DNA of 64,000 nucleotides from Pirellulales bacterium (GCA_963733035.1 CAVTBU010000006.1:992001-1056000); one strand, 5' to 3'. Positions 30,362 to 41,981 are shown, numbered from the stretch's first letter. Translations and numbers: made by a program. The notes: a model not told the origin generated them from the letters alone.

Positions 30362-30838
30362 TCCTGCGGTCGGAGCCTGACTTTACCTTCGAACCGCGTC
30401 AACCGTTGATTGCAACCTTGGGCAGAATCTTGCAAATCCACGCGCGGTATGCTAGTTTTCTTGGGCCTGGTATGCCGCTTGTCTGACCGGGGCGTGTCAA
30501 AAGGCTCGTCCGCCCAGAACGACAATCGCCTCGAAGCTGCTCTTGTGCGAGAAATGCTTGTGGGTCAACCGGCGGTCGCCGGAGTCCAATCGCCAGCGAC
30601 GGTAATCCTGACTCGCCGCACGTTTTGAATGCTTGCGCGGGACAGACTCGATGAACCGTCTCTTCAATGACCAGGCGGCGCCCGCTCCATTCGCTTATTC
30701 CCAGGAACGCGCTGTTAAGGGCGTGAGATGTTCCTGCCCGGCTCGGCTGGATCGCAACGGCGCCGAACGGCTTGATTTCGCACTTTGTTTCAAAACCGCG
30801 TCTGCCGTATTTGCCATATTCCATCGAGAGATTTTGTC

Positions 30839-32005
30839 ATGAACCAACATCTGGAGATACCGCGAGCAATGAGATACCTCGTGGGAAGCTGCCTCGTGAT
30901 CGCGTGTTTATCCTCGAAGGTGGCCGGCGCGGCGGTCATCGTGACAAACCTGGTGACCGACGATCAGGCCGCGAACCCGGCCGCGACCACGGATCCCAAT
31001 TTGGTCAATGCCTGGGGCACTTCGTATGCGCCCACGGGTCCGTTTTGGGTTTCCAACAATGGCACCGGCACGTCGACGCTGTATAACGTGAATCCCGCGA
31101 CCAATGTTCCCACGACACTGGGCCTGGTGGTGTCTGTGCCGGGGGGTGGAAGCGTCACCGGTCAGGCATATAACAACTCGTCGGCGGCCTTTAACGGCGA
31201 CCAATTCCTGTTCGTCAATGAGGACGGTACGATCTCCGGTTGGCGCGGCGCGCTCGGTACGAATGCCGAAATACTTCAGACTGGTCTCGCGGCGAATGTC
31301 TACAAGGGAGCGTCGCAAGCGACCGTTGCCGGCAATGCGTATCTTTACTCGGCAAACTTTCGTGCCGGCACCGTTGACGTGCTCAAAGGGACTGCCCTTG
31401 CTCCCGATTTGGCTGGCAACTTCACGGACCCCAACCTGCCCGCCGGCTACGCGCCGTTTAACATCGAAAACCTCGGCGGCACTCTGTACGTCGCCTACGC
31501 GCTGCAGGATTCCACGCAGACGGATGAAGTCGCGGGCGCTGGCCTGGGCATTGTCGATGCGTTCGACACCAACGGCGTTCTACTCGGTCGTATCGCCAGC
31601 GGCGGACCGCTGAATGCTCCCTGGGGCATGTGCATCGCGCCCGATGGCTTTGCCGGCGTCGGCGGCGACCTGCTGGTAGGCAATTTCGGCGACGGCACGA
31701 TTAACGCGTTCAATTTGAGCACCCACGCGTACGACGGACCGCTCACCGATGCGTCGAACCAGCCGATTTCGATTGATGGCCTCTGGAGTTTGCGAGTCGG
31801 TAACGATACCGCGGCCGGAGCGTCGGGGGCGGTCTATTTTACCGCGGGCCCCGGCGATGAGTCGCACGGCTTGTTTGGCGTGTTGACCTCTGTGCCTGAG
31901 CCGTCGACCTGGACTTTGGCTGGCTCGGCCGCGGTCCTCTGGGCGATGGTTTTTGCAAGCGGACGGCTGCGAGCCTCCATCGGCGCAAGCGTCTGTAGGC
32001 GGTGA
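30839..32005 (+). CDS. TIGR03118 family protein with PEP-CTERM tail
   Basis: DPNLVNAWG, FWVSNNGTG, EDGTISGW, YAPFNI, LNAPWG, LLVGNFGDG, IDGLW, YFTAGP, VPEP. Confidence 0.92.
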   Translation: MNQHLEIPRAMRYLVGSCLVIACLSSKVAGAAVIVTNLVTDDQAANPAATTDPNLVNAWGTSYAPTGPFWVSNNGTGTSTLYNVNPATNVPTTLGLVVSVPGGGSVTGQAYNNSSAAFNGDQFLFVNEDGTISGWRGALGTNAEILQTGLAANVYKGASQATVAGNAYLYSANFRAGTVDVLKGTALAPDLAGNFTDPNLPAGYAPFNIENLGGTLYVAYALQDSTQTDEVAGAGLGIVDAFDTNGVLLGRIASGGPLNAPWGMCIAPDGFAGVGGDLLVGNFGDGTINAFNLSTHAYDGPLTDASNQPISIDGLWSLRVGNDTAAGASGAVYFTAGPGDESHGLFGVLTSVPEPSTWTLAGSAAVLWAMVFASGRLRASIGASVCRR

Positions 32006-32042
32006 GGCGGCGGGCGACACGTACTCGTACCCCGTTCGAGAT

Positions 32043-32628
32043 TCAACCAGACTCGCTCTCTGATCGGGCGATGATGTCTGCGATGATTGCGGTCTTGGCG
32101 TCGGCGTAGTTCTGCACGTATTTCCAATGCCGCGCGGCCAGCTCGCGCTTGGCGGCGCTGTATCGCTCGCGGTCGGATGGATTTGCGCAGACGGTCGCGA
32201 AATTGCAGCAGGCGGGCGACTTCCGGACAACCGGCGGTGAACACGTGCAGATTGATGTCGGTGTCCGGCCCTTTGAGCATGCGGTGTTCCCACCAGTTGG
32301 GCTCCCGAATCCGCAGCACGTAGCCATGCGATTCGAGCGGCGGGAGATACGCCGACTCGGCGGCCGAGTCGGCCACCTCCAAGACGATGTCGATGATGGG
32401 CTTGGCGGCCAGGCCGGGCACGGCCGTCGAGCCGACATGCTCGATCCGGAGGGCGGCGGCGCCGAGCGCGCGGCGAATGCGGTCTGCCTCGCGGGCAAAC
32501 CGCTCGGGCCAAGACGCGTCGTACTGGTGCAAGCGAATGGGCGCATCGTGGGGCGCGACGGCGCCAACCGTGGCGGCTTGGATCTCCGCCTCACTCAGAG
32601 GCGTGTGGCTTGGGCCATTGTCTTCCAT
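32043..32628 (-). CDS. GrpB family nucleotidyltransferase-fold protein, frameshift at ~32186
   Basis: IEHVGSTAVPGLAAKPIIDI, NLHVF, FRDRLR; second frame YSAAKRELA...YADAKT. Confidence 0.9.
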
Positions 32629-32859
32629 CGGTGACGCCTGGCTGGTCTGGGGGCAACAAGCGGCTGGTGGATTTTACATCGACGCGGCCGACGTGGGCAA
32701 TGAACTCGTCGTTGTTGTGCACGGGCGACAACGAGTTGTCGTGGCCAGCTGGCGGGCTGGTGGTTTACAAGGGGCAGGCCAAGTCGATACTGTGTGTGTT
32801 GCCTGCGAACGATGCCTCTCGCAGTGGATGGAGTCTTTCAGGATCGCGGAGCAAAGAGC

Positions 32860-33456
32860 ATGAAAGAGCACCCCGATTGGAACGAAAGCTACCGGGACGG
32901 CAATCTGCCTTGGGACACGGGACGGCCTTCCTCGGAGTTGCAGCGTGTTTTCAGTCAGAACAAGATTCAGCCGTGTCGTGCGCTCGAATTGGGCTGCGGA
33001 ACGGGAACCAATAGTGTCTGGCTGGCCCAACAGGGCTTTGAGGTAACCGGTGTTGACGTGGCTCCGCTGGCAGTCGAGCAAGCGAAAAAACGCGCTCACG
33101 CCGCCGGGGTGGACGCGCATTTCGTGGTTGCCGACGTGCTCGATTTGCCTGAGCTGGATGGACCCTTTGGATTCTTTTTCGATCGCGGTTGTTACCACGC
33201 CGTTCGTCGCAGCGCGCCGCAGCAGTATGCCCCGGCCGTGGCGCGGCGCCTGGCTGCTGGCGGCCACGGATTGATTCTGGCCGGCAACGCGCGTGAGCCG
33301 CACGATCCTGGGCCGCCGGTGGTTACGGAACAGCAGATCCGCGACGAACTCGGCCTGGCATTTCAAATTGTGGATTTGCACGAGTTCCGGTTCGACGAGG
33401 CTCCCGGCGTCCCCGCGCAGTTTCTGGGTTGGTCTTGCCTGGTTGAGAAGCGCTAG
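32860..33456 (+). CDS. Class I SAM-dependent methyltransferase (TPMT-like)
   Basis: WNESY...PWDTGRPS, LELGCGTGTN, FDRGCYH. Confidence 0.9.
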   Translation: MKEHPDWNESYRDGNLPWDTGRPSSELQRVFSQNKIQPCRALELGCGTGTNSVWLAQQGFEVTGVDVAPLAVEQAKKRAHAAGVDAHFVVADVLDLPELDGPFGFFFDRGCYHAVRRSAPQQYAPAVARRLAAGGHGLILAGNAREPHDPGPPVVTEQQIRDELGLAFQIVDLHEFRFDEAPGVPAQFLGWSCLVEKR

Positions 33457-33523
33457 GTCAGGTTGCTCGGCAGCTTGACGGTGGTACGGAGCCGCAAGCG
33501 GGGCAGGCGGTTCGTGAAATTGA

Positions 33524-33994
33524 TCAGGCCGTCAATTTCTGTAGCTTCTCTTCGATGAACGCAACGTGGTGGGGGATGTGATCGGTAATGCGCTGCAGGA
33601 GTGTCTGAAGCGTCAAGGGGCCGTCGAGCGAGTGAACGCCCGTTCGCTGAAAGTCGTTCGCGTTGCAGGCTTGCAGGATGGGGAGCATGTGCGCACGGAT
33701 CGCCTCGATCAAATTCAGTTCTCCGTCCAACGGCCGCTTTTGACAATGAAGGGCGGGTCCAAACAGATTGGGATCCGCCTCAAAGAAAGTGGGATTGTCC
33801 TCGGCGATGACGCGCTTCATGCGGTCTGCGTAGACGATTTCTGAGTCGGCCAAATGGCAGACGACCTCACGAATGGACCATTTTCCCTCGACGGGCCTGG
33901 CGTCCAGGTCGACCGCGGCCGCCGCTCGCAGCACATCGCGGACCCGTTTCGCGCCGCCCGAGTAACTTTTGATGAGCGTGGAGAGATTGGACAT
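33524..33994 (-). CDS. DinB family protein
   Basis: GKWSIREVVCHLADSE, RTGVHS, HIPHH metal ligands. Confidence 0.9.
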   Translation of the reverse strand: MSNLSTLIKSYSGGAKRVRDVLRAAAAVDLDARPVEGKWSIREVVCHLADSEIVYADRMKRVIAEDNPTFFEADPNLFGPALHCQKRPLDGELNLIEAIRAHMLPILQACNANDFQRTGVHSLDGPLTLQTLLQRITDHIPHHVAFIEEKLQKLTA

Positions 33995-34713
33995 ACCGGT
34001 GCCACAAATTAGCGACGCCATGGATGGAGAGTGATCGCTGCATTATAGGACAATTCCGTCTACGCGTGGGAGGTCGCGGATTTGCGGCCTGGCGCACAGG
34101 CCACCGTTGGTTACAAGTCGCATTCTAGGCGTTGCCAATTTCTTTGACACACGATTCTGCGCGCTTTCTGGTGTTGTCTGCCGAGCTTTCGCCGGGCCGA
34201 CGAGCCAACCGGTCGGGCGAGCTTCGTGATGTGCCGGCATTGTCGTGCGTGAGGTGGGCGTGTCCTTGGCTCGCAAGCGTCCGCTTCCATCCTGCTGCGG
34301 TCCGACACCTCGACAACACGAACGCATGCGATGAATCCACTTCGGTGAAATCGTTCACCGACGCGCCTGATGGGTCTTGCCAGCGTGCACCGATCGAAAC
34401 ATCCCTACTTCTCTCTGTCCTCAGCGGCAATCGCGTTTGAGCGCGCCAATCAAATCGACGCGACATCGACCCGCACGCCGCCATCGAACGTTTCTCCCGA
34501 AACCCGCCTGTGTCCTGACGGCTCGCCCAAGTTGGCGTCACCGCTTCGCCCCCTGGTGGACCGCTTGTTGACCGGGTCGCTCGCAGTTATCTTCGAAGTC
34601 CGGTCATCGAACCGATGGTTCGATCGATCGGGCCGCCAGTTTGCGTCAGTTGCTTGTTCCGGCGTGGCCGGTCGACGTGCGAAGCGTCGACTTAACAACG
34701 GGGAGAATGGATT

Positions 34714-36807
34714 GTGAGGAGAATCTGCTTGCGCAAATTCGCCGCGCTGTGTGCGGTCGTCTGCTGCGGAACCGCTATGCATTGGGCGAGCGCCGACACG
34801 CGCGTCTCGATCGATGGCGAACATTGGCGGATCAATGGCCGGCCGACGTATCCCGGCTCCGCCGCGCAAGGACTGCTGATGAACGTGCGGGTCGTCAACG
34901 CCGTCTTTGAGGACACCGGCCGCGCGGAGTTCGACGCCGAAGCAAACACCGACGAATTCATCGCGGAAATTCCCGACTACGTTGCCCATGGCGTCCGCGC
35001 CTTCACGCTCTGCCTCCAAGGGGGCTTTCCAGGCTACGAAGGCGCGAACAACTCGGCGTTCAACCACGATGGTTCGTTGCAAGCGCCGTATCTCCGTCGC
35101 GCGCGGCGCCTCATCGAGGCCTGCGACCAGGCCGGCGCCGTGGTGATTCTCGGCTGTTACTATCAGCGGCAAGACCAGCGCCTCGACGACGAAGCGGCCG
35201 TGCGCTCTGGGGTCGTGAATGTCGCACGCTGGATCAAGGATTCGGGCTTCGGCAACGTCGTGCTCGAAGTGGGCAACGAATACGGACACGGCGGCTTCGA
35301 TCATCCGATTCTAAAGGCCGACGCGCAGCACGCGGAACTCATTCGTTTGGCGAAGAAGACCAATCCCGACTTGCTCGTGTCCACCAGCGGCAGCGGCGAT
35401 GGATCGTCGTCCGACGAGGTGGCCCGTGCCAGCGATTTTCTGCTGGTGCACTTCAACTCAACCCGGCTTGCCGACATTCCGCGGCGCATCGAAGTCCTGA
35501 AAAGATACCACAAGCCCATCGTCTGCAACGAGGACGAGAAAACCGGTGCGGCTGGCGCTCGGGCAGCCCGGCAGTGTGTCGATCACGGGATTTCGTGGGG
35601 GCTGATGGAAGAGAAAATCAACCAGCACTTCCCGTTTCACTTTCGCGGGGCGGAGGACGATCCGGTCGTCTACGCCGAGCTTGCGCGGCTCACCGCGCCG
35701 GCCACCCAAACCTACTTTCCTCCACCGGAATCGGAAGGCGGCTGGCGCAAGCTTGACGCGCCCGACGACATCCGCCGTTTGGCAGGCATGGATCCCGATA
35801 AGCTGGCTGATCTGGAGAAGTGGTTGCTTGCCTCCGACGATCGTCACTTCGCCGCCGACGTGATCCGCAACGGCTACATCGTGCTGGAAGTCGAGCGGGG
35901 CAACAGCGCGAAGACCGACGCCCGCCGCGTCGCGTCCGTGTCGAAGGCCGTGTGCGCTACCGTGCTGGCCATCGCTTCCGAGCGGAGCCAACATGGCCTG
36001 ACGCCCAGAAAAATGTCGTTCGACGATCCGGCGTTTGATTTCATCCCCTGGGCAAAGCCGCTGAGCGACCCACGCAAGGCGCAAATTACCGTCAAACAGT
36101 TGCTCAACCACACCTCGGGCATCTGTCCCGAAGCGACCGGCGCCCGCAACGACGGTTCGTGGGAGTACGTCCTCGGGCACAGCGGCGACTCGCGCACCGA
36201 AAAGCTGGCGTTCGATCCGGGGCAGGGCTGCGGTTACTCGACGCACGCGCTGTGCCACGCCTCGCTGGTCTGCGAGACCGTGACCGGCCGGCCCTACGAT
36301 CAGTTTGCGATCGAGGCCCTGTTCAAGCCAATCGGCTGCGAGCATTGGTGGTTTCAGTTCTACGAAGGGGGCGGGTCCATCGGGCGGCATCCGTCGCACG
36401 GCCTGGGCATGCCCGCCCGCGATTTGGCGCGTATCGCTTACTGCATGCTGCACGGCGGCCGGTGGAACGACCAGCAAGTCGTTCCCGCGTGGTTCGTCGA
36501 CCAGACCGCCGCCCCGACGCACCACGTGAAAACGCCGGAGATGCGTTGGGGTTTCAACCCGGAAATCTTCTCGCACGGTTGGGAGCTTCCCGCCCTCTTG
36601 ACCGGCAAGAACAAAGACCACGTCCGCGGCGACGGAATCCCCCGCGACGCCCGCTACAAACCCGGCTCCGGCGGGCAGTTGATCGCGTTTGTGCCGAGTC
36701 TGGATCTGGTGGTCACTCGTCAAACCGGCGAGAGCGGGGGTTGGGAGTTTGCCGAGTATCTGCGAAGGGCTTGCGCGGCGGTGGCCATGGCGCCGGCGAG
36801 CGATTGA
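34714..36807 (+). CDS. Secreted fusion: clan GH-A-like TIM barrel plus class C beta-lactamase-like serine hydrolase
   Basis: Signal peptide; LEVGNEY and PIVCNED in the N-domain; SVSK, LLNHTSG, YST, KPGSGGQ in the C-domain. Confidence 0.8.
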   Translation: MRRICLRKFAALCAVVCCGTAMHWASADTRVSIDGEHWRINGRPTYPGSAAQGLLMNVRVVNAVFEDTGRAEFDAEANTDEFIAEIPDYVAHGVRAFTLCLQGGFPGYEGANNSAFNHDGSLQAPYLRRARRLIEACDQAGAVVILGCYYQRQDQRLDDEAAVRSGVVNVARWIKDSGFGNVVLEVGNEYGHGGFDHPILKADAQHAELIRLAKKTNPDLLVSTSGSGDGSSSDEVARASDFLLVHFNSTRLADIPRRIEVLKRYHKPIVCNEDEKTGAAGARAARQCVDHGISWGLMEEKINQHFPFHFRGAEDDPVVYAELARLTAPATQTYFPPPESEGGWRKLDAPDDIRRLAGMDPDKLADLEKWLLASDDRHFAADVIRNGYIVLEVERGNSAKTDARRVASVSKAVCATVLAIASERSQHGLTPRKMSFDDPAFDFIPWAKPLSDPRKAQITVKQLLNHTSGICPEATGARNDGSWEYVLGHSGDSRTEKLAFDPGQGCGYSTHALCHASLVCETVTGRPYDQFAIEALFKPIGCEHWWFQFYEGGGSIGRHPSHGLGMPARDLARIAYCMLHGGRWNDQQVVPAWFVDQTAAPTHHVKTPEMRWGFNPEIFSHGWELPALLTGKNKDHVRGDGIPRDARYKPGSGGQLIAFVPSLDLVVTRQTGESGGWEFAEYLRRACAAVAMAPASD

Positions 36808-36809
36808 AA

Positions 36810-36918
36810 CGCGGGGAAGCACGGCCGTTCGGGACGGCTCGAGAACATCGCGATGGACTTCTGGTCGTTGCTACAGATGGGCTGGGTCGACACCGACCAA
36901 TTCCATTTCGACATTTAA
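36810..36918 (+). pseudogene. Possible orphan C-terminal gene fragment
   Basis: Reads GRLENIAMDFWSLLQMGWVDTDQFHFDI* with no convincing start. Confidence 0.2.
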
Positions 36919-37319
36919 GATTCAAGCCGCGCCCCACAAGACGCTCAATCCGATCGGAGCAAGCCAGCGAGGGGATCCCTTCGCCGCCGTACGTTCTCGC
37001 CCGCTTGTTTTCCGAACGGGTTGGTGTTGTCACTCGATTACGTCGTGCCCTCGCTTTTGCGCGCAGCGGTCGAACCGCACGCTCGGCGGCCGTGTTTCGC
37101 GGCGGTTCGTCGCCATCCAGCGAACGGCCGGTGAACCGAGGATCGATCGCCTCGTTCGATTCGTCGAGGCTCATGCCCTGGCCAGTCGTCTCGATGAACT
37201 TCAACACCCGCTTGAGCTGGACTTCGTGACTGCGCCGGTCGGGCATTGTGCCGCGATGTATCCCCTCGGCGCGGTCGGGAGGATCGAGGAGATTTGCGAA
37301 CGAGGAGAACCAGAAGGTC

Positions 37320-38863
37320 GAAACTGCGAGAACGCCGTATACGAGCAGATATCCGTGCTGCGTGAGATCAACGTGCCCGGCGCGTTCGTCTCTCAAGAGA
37401 TTGTTATAGACGTTGATCGGATCGAGATGATCGGTCAAAGGAAAGGTCGTGATCGCGATGTTCAGTACAGCGAATCCAAGAATTGCCATGAAGGCACCGA
37501 TAACGGGTTTGCGAAGCCAGCAGGTTCCGAGCACGGCCAATGCGTACATGAGCGCGTGAAGGATCGGGAAACAACCGACATACGCCCAGCTCATTCCCGT
37601 CGTCATCGAATATCGAGGAGCATTCCAGCTCGTAAGAATCGTGACTCCGTCGAGCACGATCAGAACGGCGGCCAGCCCGAGGAAAAACTTGCACCAAAAC
37701 CACATGCCTAGAGAGATGGGGTGCGATCTCCAGAAGCCCCCGAGTCCTGAACCGAGGTCTGCCGAATAAAGGCCCGATCCGACGACAGCTGCCCAGAGCA
37801 TCCCGACGAATGCAATGGTATGCGGCATTTCCGCAAGAACGGATGCATTGTTCGGGTAATGGATTTGAGGTTCCATCACCACCGATGCGAGCGCGATCAG
37901 TAAAGCAAAGAGTAGTCCAAACGTCGCCAACGGCGCCGACTGCCGAGCTTCAAGCCAGGCCAGCGCGGTCCATGGGCCTTGGAAGCGAATCGGGATGTGT
38001 GACCAGAGCGAGGGCGTTATAAAGCGGAATCGGCCCGGTTTCGCAGGCAGCGCGACATTTTTCGGCCGGCCATATCGAATTACGAATAGGTAACTGAGGG
38101 CCAATAACACAGGAATTGACAACCCCAACGCGATCCATCGGTATTGGGCCAACTCGTGGTCGGTATAGGAACCGCCGTGCTCGGCGCCGTATCCCCATTG
38201 AATCGCCAAAGATTGAGGAAGGACAGCGCCGTAGACCAGTTGCACGTACGGCCTCCGCTCGCCGTACCAAAACAAGCCGCTGGCGATCATCGATCCAAGT
38301 CCCATTACCGCACCCAGCAAACCGACTTGCGCCTGGCTGCGCAGCCAACAGCCGAACACACTCAAAACTAGCAGAAGTTCGATACCGCCAAAAATGGCGA
38401 TCGCCGTTACGCTCGCCAGCTGTTCCAATGCAGTCAGAAATGACGCGGTCTCTCGTTGCGGCAGTCGCGGGAGGAATTCGACGCCGCGGGGTTCAGCTTG
38501 TTCGACAAGCCCGCTGGCAAGTGCGAGCGACAACACGACGGCTGCCACCAGGACAGGAATTGCCAACGTAGCTACGGCTCCCCCGATCCGAACCGCTGCG
38601 ATTCGTCGCATTGATACGGGCAGCGAGGCCGAAAATGAGAGCGTTCCAGCCGATTGTTCACCCTGCGCAGCGCGCATGGCCAAAAAGACGGCGGCGCAGA
38701 TCGTATAGAACAGCGATAGTCCACTGAAATGTCCCACGGGGGCATGAAACCCGTAGCCAACTTCATACCCGATGGAATAAATGGCCGCCAGGACCATCCA
38801 GGCCAGGAAGATCGCCAAGTAGCCTCGGTTCTCTTGCCATTGCTTCCATAACAGACTTTTCAT
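37320..38863 (-). pseudogene. ABC transporter permease (duplicated membrane domain), 3' end apparently lost and joined to unrelated sequence
   Basis: MKSLLWKQWQE / ALAWLEARQ repeats, many TM segments; after ...YGVLAVST the ORF reads through non-membrane sequence to 36713 and overlaps the opposite gene. Confidence 0.65.
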
Positions 38864-39806
38864 GACGTCTCTCCCGTAGAGAGGTTAAGGCGATATTGCG
38901 GCCGAGTTGGCAGGCTACCGGGCCAGTCTTGTGTGCGACCAATTACGAACGCTTCAAAGATTTCATCCAAGCTAAGGTCAACCACGTCGTGGTCGATTCC
39001 CTTGGCTATTAACTGCCCGACGTAGTTTTCCGAGCGATCGATGATGAAGGCCAGCCGATCCTCGTGCCGGCAGACATCCAACAAACCATCTGGTTGCGGA
39101 GTTCGGCGATCGACTCGCAAGACAGCAGGATTTGCTTGACTTCGTCACGCAATAGGTCGGTTGTCCCGGTACGGACGATGTGACAGTGGTCCAGGATGGC
39201 TATGGAGTACGCTACCGCTTCCACCTCGTCCAGCAGATGCGAACTGTAGAGCACCGTGCATCCCGAAGTCTGTAAATGTTCCACGAGATCGCGATTGAAT
39301 TCTTTGCGTGCGATCGGGTCGAATCCCATCGCGGGATCATCCAAAATGACAATGGGAGGATGATGCGAAAGCGCCACGACCAAGCCGAGCTTGACGGACT
39401 GACCTTTTGAAAGTCTGCCGATACGCCCATGCGGAGGGATGCCAAATCGATCAAGATAGTCACGAGCCCAATTCATATCCCAAGTCGGATAGAATGGCGC
39501 GAGGAAGCGACACAGTTCGATCGGCGTCATCCAGACGTACATGGCTTGATCCTCGGCCAAGTAGCCGACGTGACTCCGAACCGTCAATGGATCGATGGCC
39601 GGATCGATGCCTCCGAGTTGAACCTTGCCGGAATCGGCTGGTATCAAGCCCAACAGGATGCGGATCATTGTTGTCTTCCCCGCTCTGTTGCGACACAGTA
39701 ACGCGAACGTCTGTCCCGCCGGAATGGTCAGCGAAACATTTTGCAACACCTGCTGAGATCCGTAGGACTTTTTGAGTTGGTCAACCCGAATGGCCGGTGC
39801 GCTCAT
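38860..39806 (-). pseudogene. ABC transporter ATP-binding subunit, degenerate Walker A and frameshift at ~39098
   Basis: LLCRNRAGKTT (vs GxNGAGKT), LSKGQ, ILDDP, SSHLLDEVE; second frame supplies DLSLDEIFEAFV; ATGA coupling to the permease. Confidence 0.75.
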
Positions 39807-39979
39807 GACCGCTTCTCCGAACTGTTCTCTTTGGAAATCTGCGTCTTGGTGTCGGACGCAGTCGCTGTCAGCATCCGACGAAGCTCGGGCACGGCGAGCC
39901 CTAGTAGCAACCCACGTCGCACGATCGCCTGGTACTCGCGTGAGTACTGTTCGCGCACCACACGCCGAACCGTCCTGGG
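39803..39979 (-). pseudogene. C-terminal remnant of a YtrA-type GntR regulator
   Basis: RRVVREQYSREYQAIVRRGLLLGLAVPELRRML; stop overlaps the ATPase start (ATGA); in-frame TAG upstream; no HTH domain. Confidence 0.55.
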
Positions 39980-40207
39980 CTACAAATTTTCAAGTCGCCA
40001 ACTTGCTCCGGTCACCTTGCCCGTTTCGGCCGAAATTGCACCTCGCTCCGTCGCGCCGACGCTCGGCTGCGGGTGAACTTCGATACTCTCTTTCCCGGGC
40101 GGGTGGTATGCTACTGGGGCGCGAAGATGCTGCATGTGCTGTGGAATGCTTGCCGCACTTGCGCTCGGCCAGTTCGCTCTCTCGCTTCAAGATCCCAAGC
40201 TCTACCG

Positions 40208-40924
40208 ATGGTCGAGAAGACAATCCAGCCGGTCGGCGTCGACCCGTCCACCGTGTTCATCGATTATCGAACCCTGCTGCGACGGTCGCTGATCGCCGCG
40301 GCGGTGTGCGTGGTGGCCGTCGTGGTCTGTTATTTTTGGGTCGACCGGCCGGTGGCGTTTTATGTCCATGATCACCAGATCGAAAAAATCCAGATCTTCA
40401 AATGGCTGACCTATCCGCCGCCGATCGTCCAAACCTGGTCGCCGTTGGTGCTGGCACTACTGATGGTTCGCCGGGCGTTTGCGCCGTTCAAGCGGTGGGA
40501 GAAAACCTTGTTCGTCGCCTGCCTGAGCCTGATCGTGGCTGACGAATTCCGCACCAGCCTGGGCGACCTTTGCGGTCGCTACTGGCCCGAAACTTGGTTC
40601 GACAACAACCCGTCGCTGATCGGCAATGGCACGTACGGTTTCCATCCTTTCCAACACGGCGACGACGTCGGCAGCTTCCCCTCCGGGCACGCCACCAGGA
40701 TTCTCGGCTTTGCCGTCATCTGGTGGATTGCGATGCCGCGCAGCCGCGTGGTTTGCACGCTCATCTGTTTGCCCATGCTCGTCAGCCTGGTTGCGATGGA
40801 CTACCATTTCGTCAGCGACGTAATCGCCGGCGGCACGCTAGGGGCAATTGTCGGCGCGTATGCTGCCAGCCTGGCAAACCTGCACAAGAATCGCGTCGAA
40901 CGTTCCGCGGCAGCCCCAGGTTAA
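40208..40924 (+). CDS. PAP2 family membrane phosphatase
   Basis: GRYWP, SFPSGH, YHFVSDVIAG. Confidence 0.9.
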   Translation: MVEKTIQPVGVDPSTVFIDYRTLLRRSLIAAAVCVVAVVVCYFWVDRPVAFYVHDHQIEKIQIFKWLTYPPPIVQTWSPLVLALLMVRRAFAPFKRWEKTLFVACLSLIVADEFRTSLGDLCGRYWPETWFDNNPSLIGNGTYGFHPFQHGDDVGSFPSGHATRILGFAVIWWIAMPRSRVVCTLICLPMLVSLVAMDYHFVSDVIAGGTLGAIVGAYAASLANLHKNRVERSAAAPG

Positions 40925-40984
40925 TCGACGTGGCGGTATTGATCCGCCTGCCAAACGATCAGCGGACGGGCGAATAACCCCGGC

Positions 40985-41981
40985 TCAGCGATTTTCCGGG
41001 GGAAAGATCACCTTCCAATGGCGACGCATATCGACCACCGTCCAGCCACGGCGCGGCGCTTCCTCGAGCCCCTTATCGAGACGCCCGACGCGCGAATGGC
41101 GGTCGTAGGCATACTCGCGCACGCTATCAGTGTGGTGAACGAGCAGTCCGAACCGCTGGCCATCGGCCAGCGTCGCCCACTCGAGCATCTCAATGTCCTG
41201 GTCGGAATTGCCGAACGCGGCGATCGGTCGGCGGCCGATGAACTTGCCGATGCCCACCGGTTTGCCCGGCCCGTCGTCGACAAAGTCAACGTCGGGCAGC
41301 CGCAGCAGCACCGGGTGGCCATCCCGCAGTTTGAATTCGGTTTTGATCGTGCTCCCCACGATCTGCTGGGGCGGAATGCCGTATGCCTTGTCGGTCCAGG
41401 GACGCATGAACTCGGCGCCGCCGCCGGAGACGACAAACGTCTGGAAGCCGTGCGCGAAAAAAGGCCAGCACTTCGATCATCGGTTGGTAGATGCACGCGG
41501 TGTACGGCCTGTGGAAGCGCGGGTGCCGGGCGGCGGCCAGCCAGTCGGTGACGATCCGCTCGAAATCGACGGTACTCATGCCGGCATGCGTGACATCGAT
41601 CAGCTGTTCGAAATCCTTGAGCGTGAGCGCCGGCTGGTCGCTCTTTCCCGCGAGGAGCGAGGCAAACGGCTCCTGCCGCTGCCATTCGGGGTGCTGGGGG
41701 GCCAGTGCCTTCAGCCGATCGATCGCGAACACCACCTGGACATAGTCTGGCTGCTCGCACCACAGCGTGCCGTCGTTGTCGAACGTCGCGATCCGCTCGG
41801 CCGGCGGCACGAAGTCCGGCGAGCCTGCGCGCGTTACGCGCTCGACGAAACCGATCATCGCCGCTTTGGCCGGGCACTCGTTCCAGCTTGGCAGCGGATC
41901 GGCCCCGGCGACCGAAACCACCAACGAGACAATAAATAGCGCCAAAGCCGCGTACGGCCAGCAGCAACGTCGAGTGTTCAT
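40985..41981 (-). CDS. Secreted HAD family hydrolase (non-specific acid phosphatase-like), frameshift at ~41454
   Basis: DPLPSWN, FDNDGTLWCEQP, YQPMIE; second frame VVSGGG, GKPVGI, FGNSDQDIEML, REYAYD. Confidence 0.9.

Noticed and set aside
34022..34713. Long intergenic region with short palindromes (e.g. atcgaacc-gat-ggttcgat) as a possible ncRNA/riboswitch
   Set aside because: No recognisable riboswitch consensus; cannot be supported without a covariance-model search.
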